64,000 nt of DNA, taken from Bryobacterales bacterium. GTDB lineage: Bacteria > Acidobacteriota > Terriglobia > Bryobacterales > Bryobacteraceae. Below are positions 9,101 to 16,725 of the stretch, one piece after another; the stretch's first letter is position 1, and each line of letters begins with the position of its first letter. The stretch lies in contig SHUI01000001.1 in assembly GCA_009697455.1 (NCBI GenBank), positions 2,679 to 66,678 of the forward strand. Reading direction: 5' to 3'. Made by a program: the position numbers and the translations under genes. A model generated the notes under the pieces. The model saw only the letters and a list, made by a program, of their open reading frames with translations, did not search any database and was not told where the DNA came from.

Positions 9101-9366
9101 CCGTCGGGGCTGAGCGCGAGGCTTGCGGGCTGAAGTCCGGTGAGAATGCTTCCGGTCAGCTGGCCGCCGTCGACGGAGTAAATCTCGACCTGGTTCCGGG
9201 AAGAGTTTGCAAGGTACACCACGTTGCGTGGGGCGTCGTAAATCAAATCCGCGACGGTGCCGACCACGGGAACAAGAGTTCCGATGTTGGCCGCGAAAGC
9301 GGTCGACGCGAAGAGACACAGCAACAACACGAGTACACAGTTTCGCCGGGCGTTGAGGTATTCCAT
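6172..9366 (-). CDS. Giant secreted YVTN-type beta-propeller repeat protein with Solibacter-type C-terminal domain
   Basis: 1064 aa with signal peptide CVLVLLLCLFASTAFA. It has repeated 'LYAANVGSLTVSVINL / LYIANYTQDQIEVFSL'-type YVTN units. The C-terminal ~215 aa are collinear with those of the 2508-5951 protein (GPGVFAL...LYATGLGPV...GIYQINIYVP). Confidence 0.85.
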   Translation of the reverse strand: MEYLNARRNCVLVLLLCLFASTAFAANIGTLVPVVGTVADLIYDAPRNVVYLANSSRNQVEIYSVDGGQLTGSILTGLQPASLALSPDGNTLYAANVGSLTVSVINLVSRQRVSDYSIGSRPDAIAVGSDGKIVILGTAGLLRLDPVTGLVSPVPISPPATPPVGVNIGASPTPAGFLAGLVTTASGNLIIGLSTNRLFVYEVASGTVLRSRNVTGLRAILSASTDGSRFMAGPFLFDTQTLTILGRAGTVAATLTGGSAFSVDGNAVYATFSTQPAINPLNTNNPQNPGGAVVPGAIAGQNPSAQVTRAVLQIMRSSSLTPQLGLRLAEAITSKIISSADGQYLFANSATGLQVIPIGQLNNLPVLDVSTTNVVLSVDICNRLIATATVQVRNVGGGRMTFAAVVNSTNLNAPVILDRGSGVAPATLTISFDPRSVTTRGTLQYAVMLLSPEAVNIEPAILANLNFRDVSDRGAIVPMTGVGVDLQMDAARQRLYIANYTQDQIEVFSLATQTFLPPIRVGNRPFSMAMVDADTLVVANNGAEGVSVVDLEAMQEVEQISMGPIPLNAAPLFPLSIAASSNAVLFSAAPLAAAGLARGNGQIWQLSRITHSAVPRRNLGLGALNVIQGRNMLIAPADGSAIVTVEGNGTLRMYDPIADTFTVTRVGAVPGLRGTVSAASDGSFYVVDNLVFNSVLGAHGAIAPSAVGLPAQTANATLAFGVTATGNTAIRVQAGTPQSPLQSLWRYNLLTLQSDLQVSLPEQVLDISPALVGTANGTRQWPPRATALELGVNNQTQLLRRGIAVNNNTAYVLTFSGLSVVSLTSPVGRSPLLSGVVNGASRTGALSPGSLITINGVNLADAATVAATPWPRTLAGVCVTANEIAIPLFSTSPTQIQAQLPPDLGTGRFTLTVRSTRLGLSSAGSAIQVAAVGPGVFALDVSGQQRAALVHSEDGALVIPDYPARRDETLLLYATGLGPVTPAVGAGQAGSSSPPSAVIQPVGVSIGGVPYLVTWAGLAPDNVGIYQINIYVPGSRAQGDDLPVVVTVGGTSSTVTNAPLASIH

Positions 9367-9500
9367 AGGCGGGGCGGATTGTATGCCAACGCCGTATCTC
9401 CCGCAACGCCGTATTTGACTGCTTTTACTTAATTTTACATTGGGAGGAACCTGATTTTAGGTATAACATCCCGCGACATTTAGATAAGGGGATCAGGGCG

Positions 9501-10814
9501 ATGGAAGTGGCCGGGCCATTTGTGGTTCATAACCGTACTCGGGGGGCAACCCTGGCGGCCAACGTGCGCCTGGCAGACACACCCCGTTCCCGCCGGATCG
9601 GTTTGCTGAAGCATGAATCACTTACGCCTGGCGAAGGCCTGTGGATCTATCCCACTCAGGCGATTCATACATTCGGCATGCGCTTCCCGATCGATGTCGC
9701 ATTCCTGGATCGCAGCCTCCGCGTGAAGCGCGTGTATCACGGCCTCGCGCCGTTTCGGTTGACGTCGCTGGTCTGGGGAGCCCAAAGCGTCCTGGAACTG
9801 GCTTCCGGATCCCTCGCCAGCACCGGCACCGCGGTCGGCGACGAACTCCAATTCTCTCCTTTAGCAAGGTGCACAATAGCAAGGTGCACAATGAAAAGCG
9901 CGACGCTGCTGATGATTCTGATGCTCGCCTCCGGCTGCGTGCGCAGCACCATCACTCACGACTTCGGCCTTCCCGCATCGCAACGGAAAATCCAGCAAGC
10001 CCCGGCGTCTCCCGACGCGTTATTACGCTCCATCTTCCAACAGCAAACGGTAGGCGCCTTCAACCCCGTCACCGGCGACCGGCGCATCCAAACCCTGGAG
10101 ACACGTTTGGCCCTCATGCCGCAGGATGCCGCCGCCCGCCTGGACCTCGCCGGAATCTACGAAAACTACGGCCTGCGCGACGACGCATTCGAGCAATACA
10201 CAGCGGCCCTGAAGGTCCATCCATCCGAACCCGCCGCCCTCGGCGTCGCCCGCTCCGCGCGCGCAACCGGCCGCTCCGTCGAAGCCATTCCGCTGATCGA
10301 GGCGTATATCCAACTCCACCCCTCGGCGAACTCGTGGAATGAACTTGGCCTGTTGTATGGTGCGTCCGGAAATCTCAAGGCAGGAGAAAGCGCGCTTCGG
10401 GAGGCAGTGACGCACGACGCGGAATCCGACCGGATGCATAACAATCTCGGATACAACCTTCTTCTCCAGAACAACGCGGCGGCCGCTGAAATCGAGTTCC
10501 GCCGGGCCCTGGAGTTGAATCCGAAATCAGCCACGACCCGCAATAACCTCGGCGGCGTGCTGGCGCGCCGTGGAGACCTGGCGGGCGCCCTGGAGCAATT
10601 CCAGTCCGCTTCCGATGCCGCGACGGCTCATAACAATCTCGCAGTCGTCCTGCTCGAAGCCGGCCAGTACGAACAAAGCCGCCAGGAGCTGGTAAAGGCC
10701 CTGGCGATCCGGCACTACTTCGCTCCCGCGCTGGCGAATTTCAAGCTGGTGCAGGAACGGATCCGCGTGGTGGTGGCATCGCAGAAGGCGAGCGGCCCCC
10801 TAAGCGCTGAATAG
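9501..10814 (+). CDS. tadD: DUF192 domain fused in frame to a TPR lipoprotein (TadD-like)
   Basis: N-terminal 130 aa carry the DUF192 signature (GLWIYPTQAIHTFGMRFPIDVAFLD). From ATG 9891 there is a lipoprotein signal with lipobox (MKSATLLMILMLASGC), followed by TPR repeats. No stop codon separates the two parts. Confidence 0.75.
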   Translation: MEVAGPFVVHNRTRGATLAANVRLADTPRSRRIGLLKHESLTPGEGLWIYPTQAIHTFGMRFPIDVAFLDRSLRVKRVYHGLAPFRLTSLVWGAQSVLELASGSLASTGTAVGDELQFSPLARCTIARCTMKSATLLMILMLASGCVRSTITHDFGLPASQRKIQQAPASPDALLRSIFQQQTVGAFNPVTGDRRIQTLETRLALMPQDAAARLDLAGIYENYGLRDDAFEQYTAALKVHPSEPAALGVARSARATGRSVEAIPLIEAYIQLHPSANSWNELGLLYGASGNLKAGESALREAVTHDAESDRMHNNLGYNLLLQNNAAAAEIEFRRALELNPKSATTRNNLGGVLARRGDLAGALEQFQSASDAATAHNNLAVVLLEAGQYEQSRQELVKALAIRHYFAPALANFKLVQERIRVVVASQKASGPLSAE

Positions 10815-10858
10815 AAATAAAGATCTTGAGGAAGCCTGAGGAAGCCTGAGGAAGAACG

Positions 10859-11032
10859 ATGAAAAATTTTTGGATTAACTTTTGGAAAGAAACAGAAGGT
10901 CAGGACCTGGTCGAATACGCTCTGATCACGGCTGCGGTCGCGTTGGGAATGATCGCTGCGGTTCGAGGAGTCGTCACCGCACTCAACAGCCTCTACGAAA
11001 GTATTACAGCCGGACTGGCTCTGACCCCGTAG
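10859..11032 (+). CDS. flp: Flp/Fap-family prepilin
   Basis: 57-aa ORF, below the 60-aa cut-off of the supplied ORF track: MKNFWINFWKETEGQDLVEYALITAAVALGMIAAVRGVVTALNSLYESITAGLALTP*. It has the canonical Flp motif G/QDLVEY followed by a hydrophobic helix. GAGGAAG lies 6 nt upstream of the ATG. Confidence 0.85.
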   Translation: MKNFWINFWKETEGQDLVEYALITAAVALGMIAAVRGVVTALNSLYESITAGLALTP

Positions 11033-11042
11033 GCGCCTTCCC

Positions 11043-12482
11043 ATGAGCGGCTATCCGCAAACGATTCGTGCATTGGATTCGACGCCCCGCGTCGAGTTTG
11101 CCTCCTGGCTCCTGCCGGGGTTCTGCACGGTCGTGTTCGCGGTGGCGCTGCTGCATGTTTTGTTTCTCTCGCAGGGCGCCCAGGGCCTGTTCCGCGATAG
11201 CGACACCGGCTGGCACGTCCTGAACGGGGAAACCATTCTGAATGCCGGCGCTCTCCCTCACGCCGACAGTTTCTCGTACACCCACGCCGGCCAGCCGTGG
11301 TTTGCCTGGGAATGGATGTCGGATGTTCTGCTCGGCGGCGCGCATCGGATTGCGGGGTTATCGGGAGTCGCCCTGGTTGCCGCTTTTGCCATTGCGTTGA
11401 CCGCCTGGGCTGTCGCCCGTTTCTCGCTTTCCCTCGGCGGCAACCTGTTTTTAATCGCCGGCGCGAGCGTATTGCTTCTCGGCGTCACCAGCATTCACTG
11501 GCTCGCCCGTCCCCACGTTTTTTCGTGGCTCTTCGCCCTGGTGTTTCTCGCCTGCGCGGAACACAAGCGGTTTTTATACGTACTGCCCCTGGCCGCCTGC
11601 CTCTGGGCCAACATGCACGGCAGCTTCCTGCTCGGTCCCGCCATCCTCTTTATCTATGGTTTTGCCGGCGCCTCCCTCGCGTCGCTGCTTGCTACCTTTA
11701 TTAATCCCTACGGATGGCGCCTTCACGAACACGTCTTCACATATCTGCAAAACGATTACCTAATGGACCACATCGCGGAATTCCGCAGTTTCAGTTTCCA
11801 TTCGGCGGGCGCGCTGTACGTCGAACTGTTTCTGTTCATCGCAGTGCTCGGAACCATTGCTCTCCTGAAGCAGCGACGATTTGGTCCGGCGCTCCTCGCG
11901 TTTGCGATGCTGCACATATCGCTCTACTCCGCGCGCCATATTCCAACCGCAGCCGTGTTGCTGCTCCCGCTGTGTGTTGCCGCACTGACTCGTGAGGCAA
12001 GAGCGTGGCCCGGCCTGCGGCCCCTGCTCGACTATTCGGATCGCCTGCGCCTCATCGATCAAAAAATCTGGGGCGTCGTTCCGATGATTCTCGTGCTGGC
12101 CGGCGCCCTCGCCGCCCGCGATCAAAGCGTCGGATTCGATCCCGCGAAGTTCCCGGTCCGTGCCGCGAACTTCCTTCCCGCCGGCCCTGCCGGCCGGGTG
12201 TTCACGAAGGACCAGTGGGGCGGCTACCTCATTTACCATTCTGCCGGCCGCACGAAGGTTTTCATCGACGGCCGCAGCGATTTCTACGGCCAGAATTTTA
12301 TCGAGACCTACGCCCAGGTTGCCGACGTCAAGCCCGGCTGGCAAGCCGTGCTGAAGCAGTACGACGTCCGCGTCGTGCTGATCCCGCCGGACCACGCGCT
12401 GGCATCCGCGCTTCAACTCAGCCCCGGCTGGAAACGTGTCTACACCGATTCCGTCGCCGTTGTCTTCGAAAGAGTGGGCTGA
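11043..12482 (+). CDS. Polytopic inner-membrane protein, GT-C-glycosyltransferase-like (function unknown)
   Basis: 479 aa with about 10 predicted TM helices. A DxD (RDSDTGWHV) sits in the first extracytoplasmic loop, followed by a soluble C-terminal domain. The stop overlaps the start of cpaA (ATGA). Confidence 0.75.
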   Translation: MSGYPQTIRALDSTPRVEFASWLLPGFCTVVFAVALLHVLFLSQGAQGLFRDSDTGWHVLNGETILNAGALPHADSFSYTHAGQPWFAWEWMSDVLLGGAHRIAGLSGVALVAAFAIALTAWAVARFSLSLGGNLFLIAGASVLLLGVTSIHWLARPHVFSWLFALVFLACAEHKRFLYVLPLAACLWANMHGSFLLGPAILFIYGFAGASLASLLATFINPYGWRLHEHVFTYLQNDYLMDHIAEFRSFSFHSAGALYVELFLFIAVLGTIALLKQRRFGPALLAFAMLHISLYSARHIPTAAVLLLPLCVAALTREARAWPGLRPLLDYSDRLRLIDQKIWGVVPMILVLAGALAARDQSVGFDPAKFPVRAANFLPAGPAGRVFTKDQWGGYLIYHSAGRTKVFIDGRSDFYGQNFIETYAQVADVKPGWQAVLKQYDVRVVLIPPDHALASALQLSPGWKRVYTDSVAVVFERVG

Positions 12483-12970
12483 TGGAGATTGTCTTGATTG
12501 CCATGGTGACCGCCGCCGCGTGGACCGATCTCCGCAATCGACGGATCCCGAACTGGATCCCGGTGTCCGGCGCCGTCCTGGGTTTGGTATTGCACGCCTG
12601 GTCCGGCGGCTTCTACGGAGCGATGACATCGCTCGCCGGCGCCGCGCTTGGACTTGGAATTTTTATCGCGTTATACATCGCCGGAGGAATGGGCGCCGGC
12701 GACGTGAAGTTGTTCAGCGCCGTCGGCGCGCTCGTTGGCCCGCAGGCACTGATCATTGTGTTTATATGGACCGGTCTGCTGGGCGGAGTCGCTGCCCTGG
12801 CCCTTTCCATGTTTCGCGGACGGCTCCGCGAAACGCTGGGGAAAACCCGGGCGCTGGCGCTCGGCATTAACACGGCGCCGGCTGCGGATTCTTTGAGGTT
12901 GCCCTACGGCGCCGTAATCGCCGGCGGAGCGTTGTTGTCGTTGATGGTTTCCTGGTTAAGAACGACGTGA
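12482..12970 (+). CDS. cpaA: Prepilin peptidase, A24 family (CpaA/TadV)
   Basis: MEIVLIAMVTAAAWTDLRNRRIPN...GGMGAGDVKLFSAVG. Both catalytic Asp motifs typical of TadV/CpaA are present, and it is a small all-TM protein. The ATG overlaps the upstream TGA. Confidence 0.85.
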   Translation: MEIVLIAMVTAAAWTDLRNRRIPNWIPVSGAVLGLVLHAWSGGFYGAMTSLAGAALGLGIFIALYIAGGMGAGDVKLFSAVGALVGPQALIIVFIWTGLLGGVAALALSMFRGRLRETLGKTRALALGINTAPAADSLRLPYGAVIAGGALLSLMVSWLRTT

Positions 12971-13005
12971 TGAATACGAATTTTTGGATGTGTTTGAAGT
13001 TGTTG

Positions 13006-13195
13006 TATTCCCCTCCTGGAACAGGAGGGGTGGCTGCGCATCAAGAAAGAACTGCGAAGCAACCTTTGATAGCGCAGACGGGGTGGTCATTCTGGAACAA
13101 TTATTCAAGACGGACCACCCCGTCTGCGCCATCAGCGGTTGCTTCGCAGCTTTTTCTTGATCGCGCATCCACCCCTCCTCTGGGAGGAGGGGCTT
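13006..13195. repeat. Family-1 nested-palindrome element, copy C
   Basis: Full set of outer hairpins and inner arms with symmetric arms. The right end GGGAGGAGGGG lies 7 nt upstream of the cpaB ATG. Confidence 0.9.
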
Positions 13196-13199
13196 AACT

Positions 13200-14012
13200 A
13201 TGCAACGTCATCGAGTACTGATCGCTTTCGGAATCGCCTGGCTGACCGCCCTCGGCCTGAGCTGGTGGGTCTACCGCTCCAGCTCGGCTCCGGAGAAGCG
13301 CGACACCGTCTCGATCGTCGCCGCCGCAAAGGACCTCCCCATCGGAAAGCGCGTCGAAACCGCCGACGTCAAGCTGATCACGCTCGACCGCAAGGATCTT
13401 CCCAAAGGCGCGTTCCTGAAAGCCGCCGACATTGTCGACCGCGCGGTTTCCGTCCAGGTCACCACCAACGAGCCTATCCTCGCCGGCAAAATCGCCGCGA
13501 AGGGAAGTGGCGAAGGCCTCACCTCGCTGATCGAGCCCGGGACCCGCGCGATCTCCGTCCAGGTCAACGAAATCTCCGGCGTCTCCGGCTTCATCCAGCC
13601 GGGAACAAGAGTCGACGTCCTCTTCACCCGCGTCTTTTCCAACGGCGACGCGGCAACGGTTACGATTCTTCAGAACGTGAAAGTCATCGCCTACGGCAAG
13701 CAGCTCGAAGCCGCAGCCCGGGTCGACCCGCGCGATACGTCGAAGCCAACCGTCGCGACGTTACTCGTAACCCAGGACGAAGCCGAAAAACTCGTGCTCG
13801 CCATGCAGCGCGGACGCATCCAGTTGGTGCTGCGCAATGCATTGGATGAAGAAGTCAACGAAGACGTTATTCCCACGCAATCCGTGGATCTCGGAATCGA
13901 GGAGCCGCGCAGACCCGTCGCCGCGGTGCTCCGGCCCGGCATCCGGCCCGAACCCCGGAAAGTGATCCGCATCTACCGCGGCGACAAACTTACGGAGCAA
14001 ATGGTCGAATGA
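13200..14012 (+). CDS. cpaB: Flp pilus assembly protein CpaB (SAF domain)
   Basis: 270 aa with an N-terminal TM anchor and a SAF-like segment (VAAAKDLPIGKRVETADVKLITL). Its position upstream of the secretin gene fits the Tad locus. Confidence 0.9.
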   Translation: MQRHRVLIAFGIAWLTALGLSWWVYRSSSAPEKRDTVSIVAAAKDLPIGKRVETADVKLITLDRKDLPKGAFLKAADIVDRAVSVQVTTNEPILAGKIAAKGSGEGLTSLIEPGTRAISVQVNEISGVSGFIQPGTRVDVLFTRVFSNGDAATVTILQNVKVIAYGKQLEAAARVDPRDTSKPTVATLLVTQDEAEKLVLAMQRGRIQLVLRNALDEEVNEDVIPTQSVDLGIEEPRRPVAAVLRPGIRPEPRKVIRIYRGDKLTEQMVE

Positions 14013-14055
14013 GCGGCTGCGAATGCAAGCCCGACAGGGCGCAGCCATCAAGTAA

Positions 14056-15426
14056 ATGATGAGAATCGCTACAATCCTGATCAGTCTGCTCCTGACCGCG
14101 CAGGGCCCGGCGCAGGGCCCGGCCACTCCGCTGGCCCCGGCGTCCATGACGCTCACCGTCGGCCGCGGCCAGTTGCTGCAGTTCCCGGATGAAGCCTCGC
14201 GCGTTTCCGTTTCCGATCCGTTGATCGCCGATGCCGTCGTCGTGTCACCGCACGATGTGGTCCTGAACGGCAAGTCGCCCGGCAATACAACCATCATGAT
14301 CTGGCACGGCGACAACGTTTCCCCGTATGAAATTTCAGTGGAGCCCGATCTCACCGAAATCCAGAAGCAACTGCGCGCGTCCTTCCCGGCCGAGCAGATC
14401 GACGTTTCGAGCAGCAGGGACGCGATCCTTCTCACCGGCGTCGTTACCGACGCGGAAATCTCGAAGCAGGCTGCCGCAATCGCCGCCGTGCATGCGAAGT
14501 CCGTCGTGAACCTTCTTCAGTCGCCGCCCGCGGACAACCGTCAGGTGATGCTGCAGGTGAAGTTCGCGTCCGTGGATCGCACGAGCCTCAGCCAGTTCGG
14601 ACTCAACCTCTTCAGCACGAACGGCAGGTTGGTGGGCTCCGCCACCACGCAGCAGTTCTCGTTTCCGCGCCTGGGCCAATTGCAGCTCTCGAACGGTCCC
14701 GACGGCCAGCCGCAGCTTGGCAACCAGTCGGTCAGCGTTACGGATCTTCTGAACCTGTTCGCGTTCCGGCCGGACATCAACGTCGGCGCGACGCTGCGCC
14801 TGCTGCAGGCCAACAACCTTCTGGAGATTCTTGCGGAACCGAATCTCGTAACGGTCAGCGGCCACGAGGCGAGTTTCCTCGCGGGCGGGGAATTTCCATT
14901 CCCGGTTATCAGCAGCACCGGCAGCGGCGCGTCGGCCGCGCCCGTGGTCACGATTCAATTCCGTGAATTCGGCGTCCGCCTCTATTTCACGCCAACCGTG
15001 GACCCGACCGGGATGATTCACCTGAAGGTGCGCCCGGAAGTCAGCTCGCTGGATTTTGCGAATGCCCTCACGATCCAGGGATTCCTGATCCCCGCCATCA
15101 GCACCCGTAAGGCGGAAACCGAAGTCGATCTCCGCGAAGGCGAAAGCTTCGCCATCGCCGGCCTGATCGATAACCGCACGACACAGATCGTCAGCAAAAT
15201 TCCGGGCATCGGCGACCTGCCGATCATCGGGCGCCTGTTTCGCACTCGCGGTACCCAAAGGGCCAACACCGAATTGCTGGTGCTGGTCACACCGACCTTC
15301 GTGAAGCCCTTCGCGGCCGGCCAGACGCCGCCACAGATCCAGTTCCCCGAATCGTTCCTCGGATCCGAGCCGCCGCCCGCTCCGGGAAACTCACCGGCAT
15401 TCGTCGGCCCGCGAGGGAACCAGTGA
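14056..15426 (+). CDS. cpaC: Tad secretin CpaC/RcpA
   Basis: 456 aa with a signal peptide. It has an N-terminal pilus-formation domain (LTVGRGQLLQF...VSVSDPLIADAVVVSP) and a secretin C-domain (LAEPNLVTVSGHEASFLAGGEFP...IPGIGDLPIIGRLFR). Confidence 0.9.
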   Translation: MMRIATILISLLLTAQGPAQGPATPLAPASMTLTVGRGQLLQFPDEASRVSVSDPLIADAVVVSPHDVVLNGKSPGNTTIMIWHGDNVSPYEISVEPDLTEIQKQLRASFPAEQIDVSSSRDAILLTGVVTDAEISKQAAAIAAVHAKSVVNLLQSPPADNRQVMLQVKFASVDRTSLSQFGLNLFSTNGRLVGSATTQQFSFPRLGQLQLSNGPDGQPQLGNQSVSVTDLLNLFAFRPDINVGATLRLLQANNLLEILAEPNLVTVSGHEASFLAGGEFPFPVISSTGSGASAAPVVTIQFREFGVRLYFTPTVDPTGMIHLKVRPEVSSLDFANALTIQGFLIPAISTRKAETEVDLREGESFAIAGLIDNRTTQIVSKIPGIGDLPIIGRLFRTRGTQRANTELLVLVTPTFVKPFAAGQTPPQIQFPESFLGSEPPPAPGNSPAFVGPRGNQ

Positions 15427-16715
15427 ATACGCAGTCCATGATTCACCAGCGCGGGGCGGCCACTGTTTATTTCGTGCTGTTCACGCTGGTGGTTTTGGGA
15501 CTTCTTGTGTTGGCGACGGACGTCGGACGCATGTATCTGATCCAGGGAGAACTGCAGACCGCGGCCGACGCCGCAGCGCTGGCTTCGGCGATGCAACTCG
15601 TGGGGACCACCAATGCTCTCATTCACGCGGAGGACCAGGTAACGGCATCCTTTGATTCCACCACTGGCAACGACAACCGATTCAATCTGCGCCAGAACTC
15701 GATCGCCATTTCCGCCGGCCTCGTGGCGACAACCGAGATGAGTTACTTCTCCACCCTCGAAGACGCGCTCGCAAATCTGAACAGCGGCCAGACCGGCGGC
15801 ATCGACTGGAGCAGCGGCGCCTATCCGAAATACGTGCGCGTCCAGATCACGGCACAGGCGCCCGTGATTTTCGTGCCGCTGCTGAACAACCTCGTCAACA
15901 CGCTGCCGACGGTCACCGCTTCGTCCGTCGCCGGAATCAGCTCTCCCATGTGCACGACATGCGGAATTGACGGCCTCGCCGTGGTGGATCCCAGCGCCGG
16001 TATCGATCCCATCAACTTCGGTTTCGTGCCGGGGGATTTCTACACGCTGTACCTGGACACAACGCAGCAGACGCCGAATGTACCGGTCGTGCAGGCCGTG
16101 CTTGCCGATACGGTCGCCGCCGTCCCGTACGCGATTCTGAATCACGTTCCGGGCGGACCTCCGGACCTCGACCTCGATGGCCTGATGTTCGAGATGGGCG
16201 CCGCAGGGATTTCCCGTGCGGAGAACGTCGTCGCTGAAACCGTCGAGGTGGCCTATCCCGATCTTGTGGATAATGTCGCAGCGGCGGTGGGTCAGGACGT
16301 TCTTTGCGGTCTGAACACGCGCTTCGGCGTCGATCCCTCTGAGAATGTGTGCGCCACTTTGAACAACGGCGAATTTGTGGAGCTTGCTCCGTTCTTCGGC
16401 GCCGATCCCGACCTCGGCGCGGAGACGTACGCGGCCGGCGTGGGCCTGCAGGATTTCGCGACGGAATATGACGGCACCGCTCGCCGTGTTCTCACGGTGC
16501 CGGTCATCGACCTCGTCGATTCCCTGAACGTTCTTGGATTTCGCCAATTCCTGCTCGAGATGTCGCCGACGGTGGCCCTGGGCCTCGACCCGTCGCTTGT
16601 CAGCGGCGCCTTCCGCGTCCAGTACATCGGCGGGCTGGTCCCGCTTCGCTGCGGCGGCATCGGCGGGGTTTGCACCACCTCCAACGGCGGTGTCGGAAGG
16701 GTGGTGCTGCATTGA
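15423..16715 (+). CDS. tadG: TadG-like pilus assembly protein (TadE/G-like N-terminal domain)
   Basis: QRGAATVYFVLFTLVVLGLLVLATDVGRMYLIQGELQTAADAAALA matches the TadE/G-like N-terminal helix. The GTG start overlaps the cpaC stop. Confidence 0.8.
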   Translation: MNTQSMIHQRGAATVYFVLFTLVVLGLLVLATDVGRMYLIQGELQTAADAAALASAMQLVGTTNALIHAEDQVTASFDSTTGNDNRFNLRQNSIAISAGLVATTEMSYFSTLEDALANLNSGQTGGIDWSSGAYPKYVRVQITAQAPVIFVPLLNNLVNTLPTVTASSVAGISSPMCTTCGIDGLAVVDPSAGIDPINFGFVPGDFYTLYLDTTQQTPNVPVVQAVLADTVAAVPYAILNHVPGGPPDLDLDGLMFEMGAAGISRAENVVAETVEVAYPDLVDNVAAAVGQDVLCGLNTRFGVDPSENVCATLNNGEFVELAPFFGADPDLGAETYAAGVGLQDFATEYDGTARRVLTVPVIDLVDSLNVLGFRQFLLEMSPTVALGLDPSLVSGAFRVQYIGGLVPLRCGGIGGVCTTSNGGVGRVVLH

Positions 16716-16725
16716 GACGGCTTGG

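Noticed and set aside
14335-16712. Long minus-strand ORFs (14335-15258, 15018-16712) opposite cpaC and tadG
   Set aside because: They are antisense to clearly recognisable secretin and TadG genes within a plus-strand operon. The composition is shadow-like.
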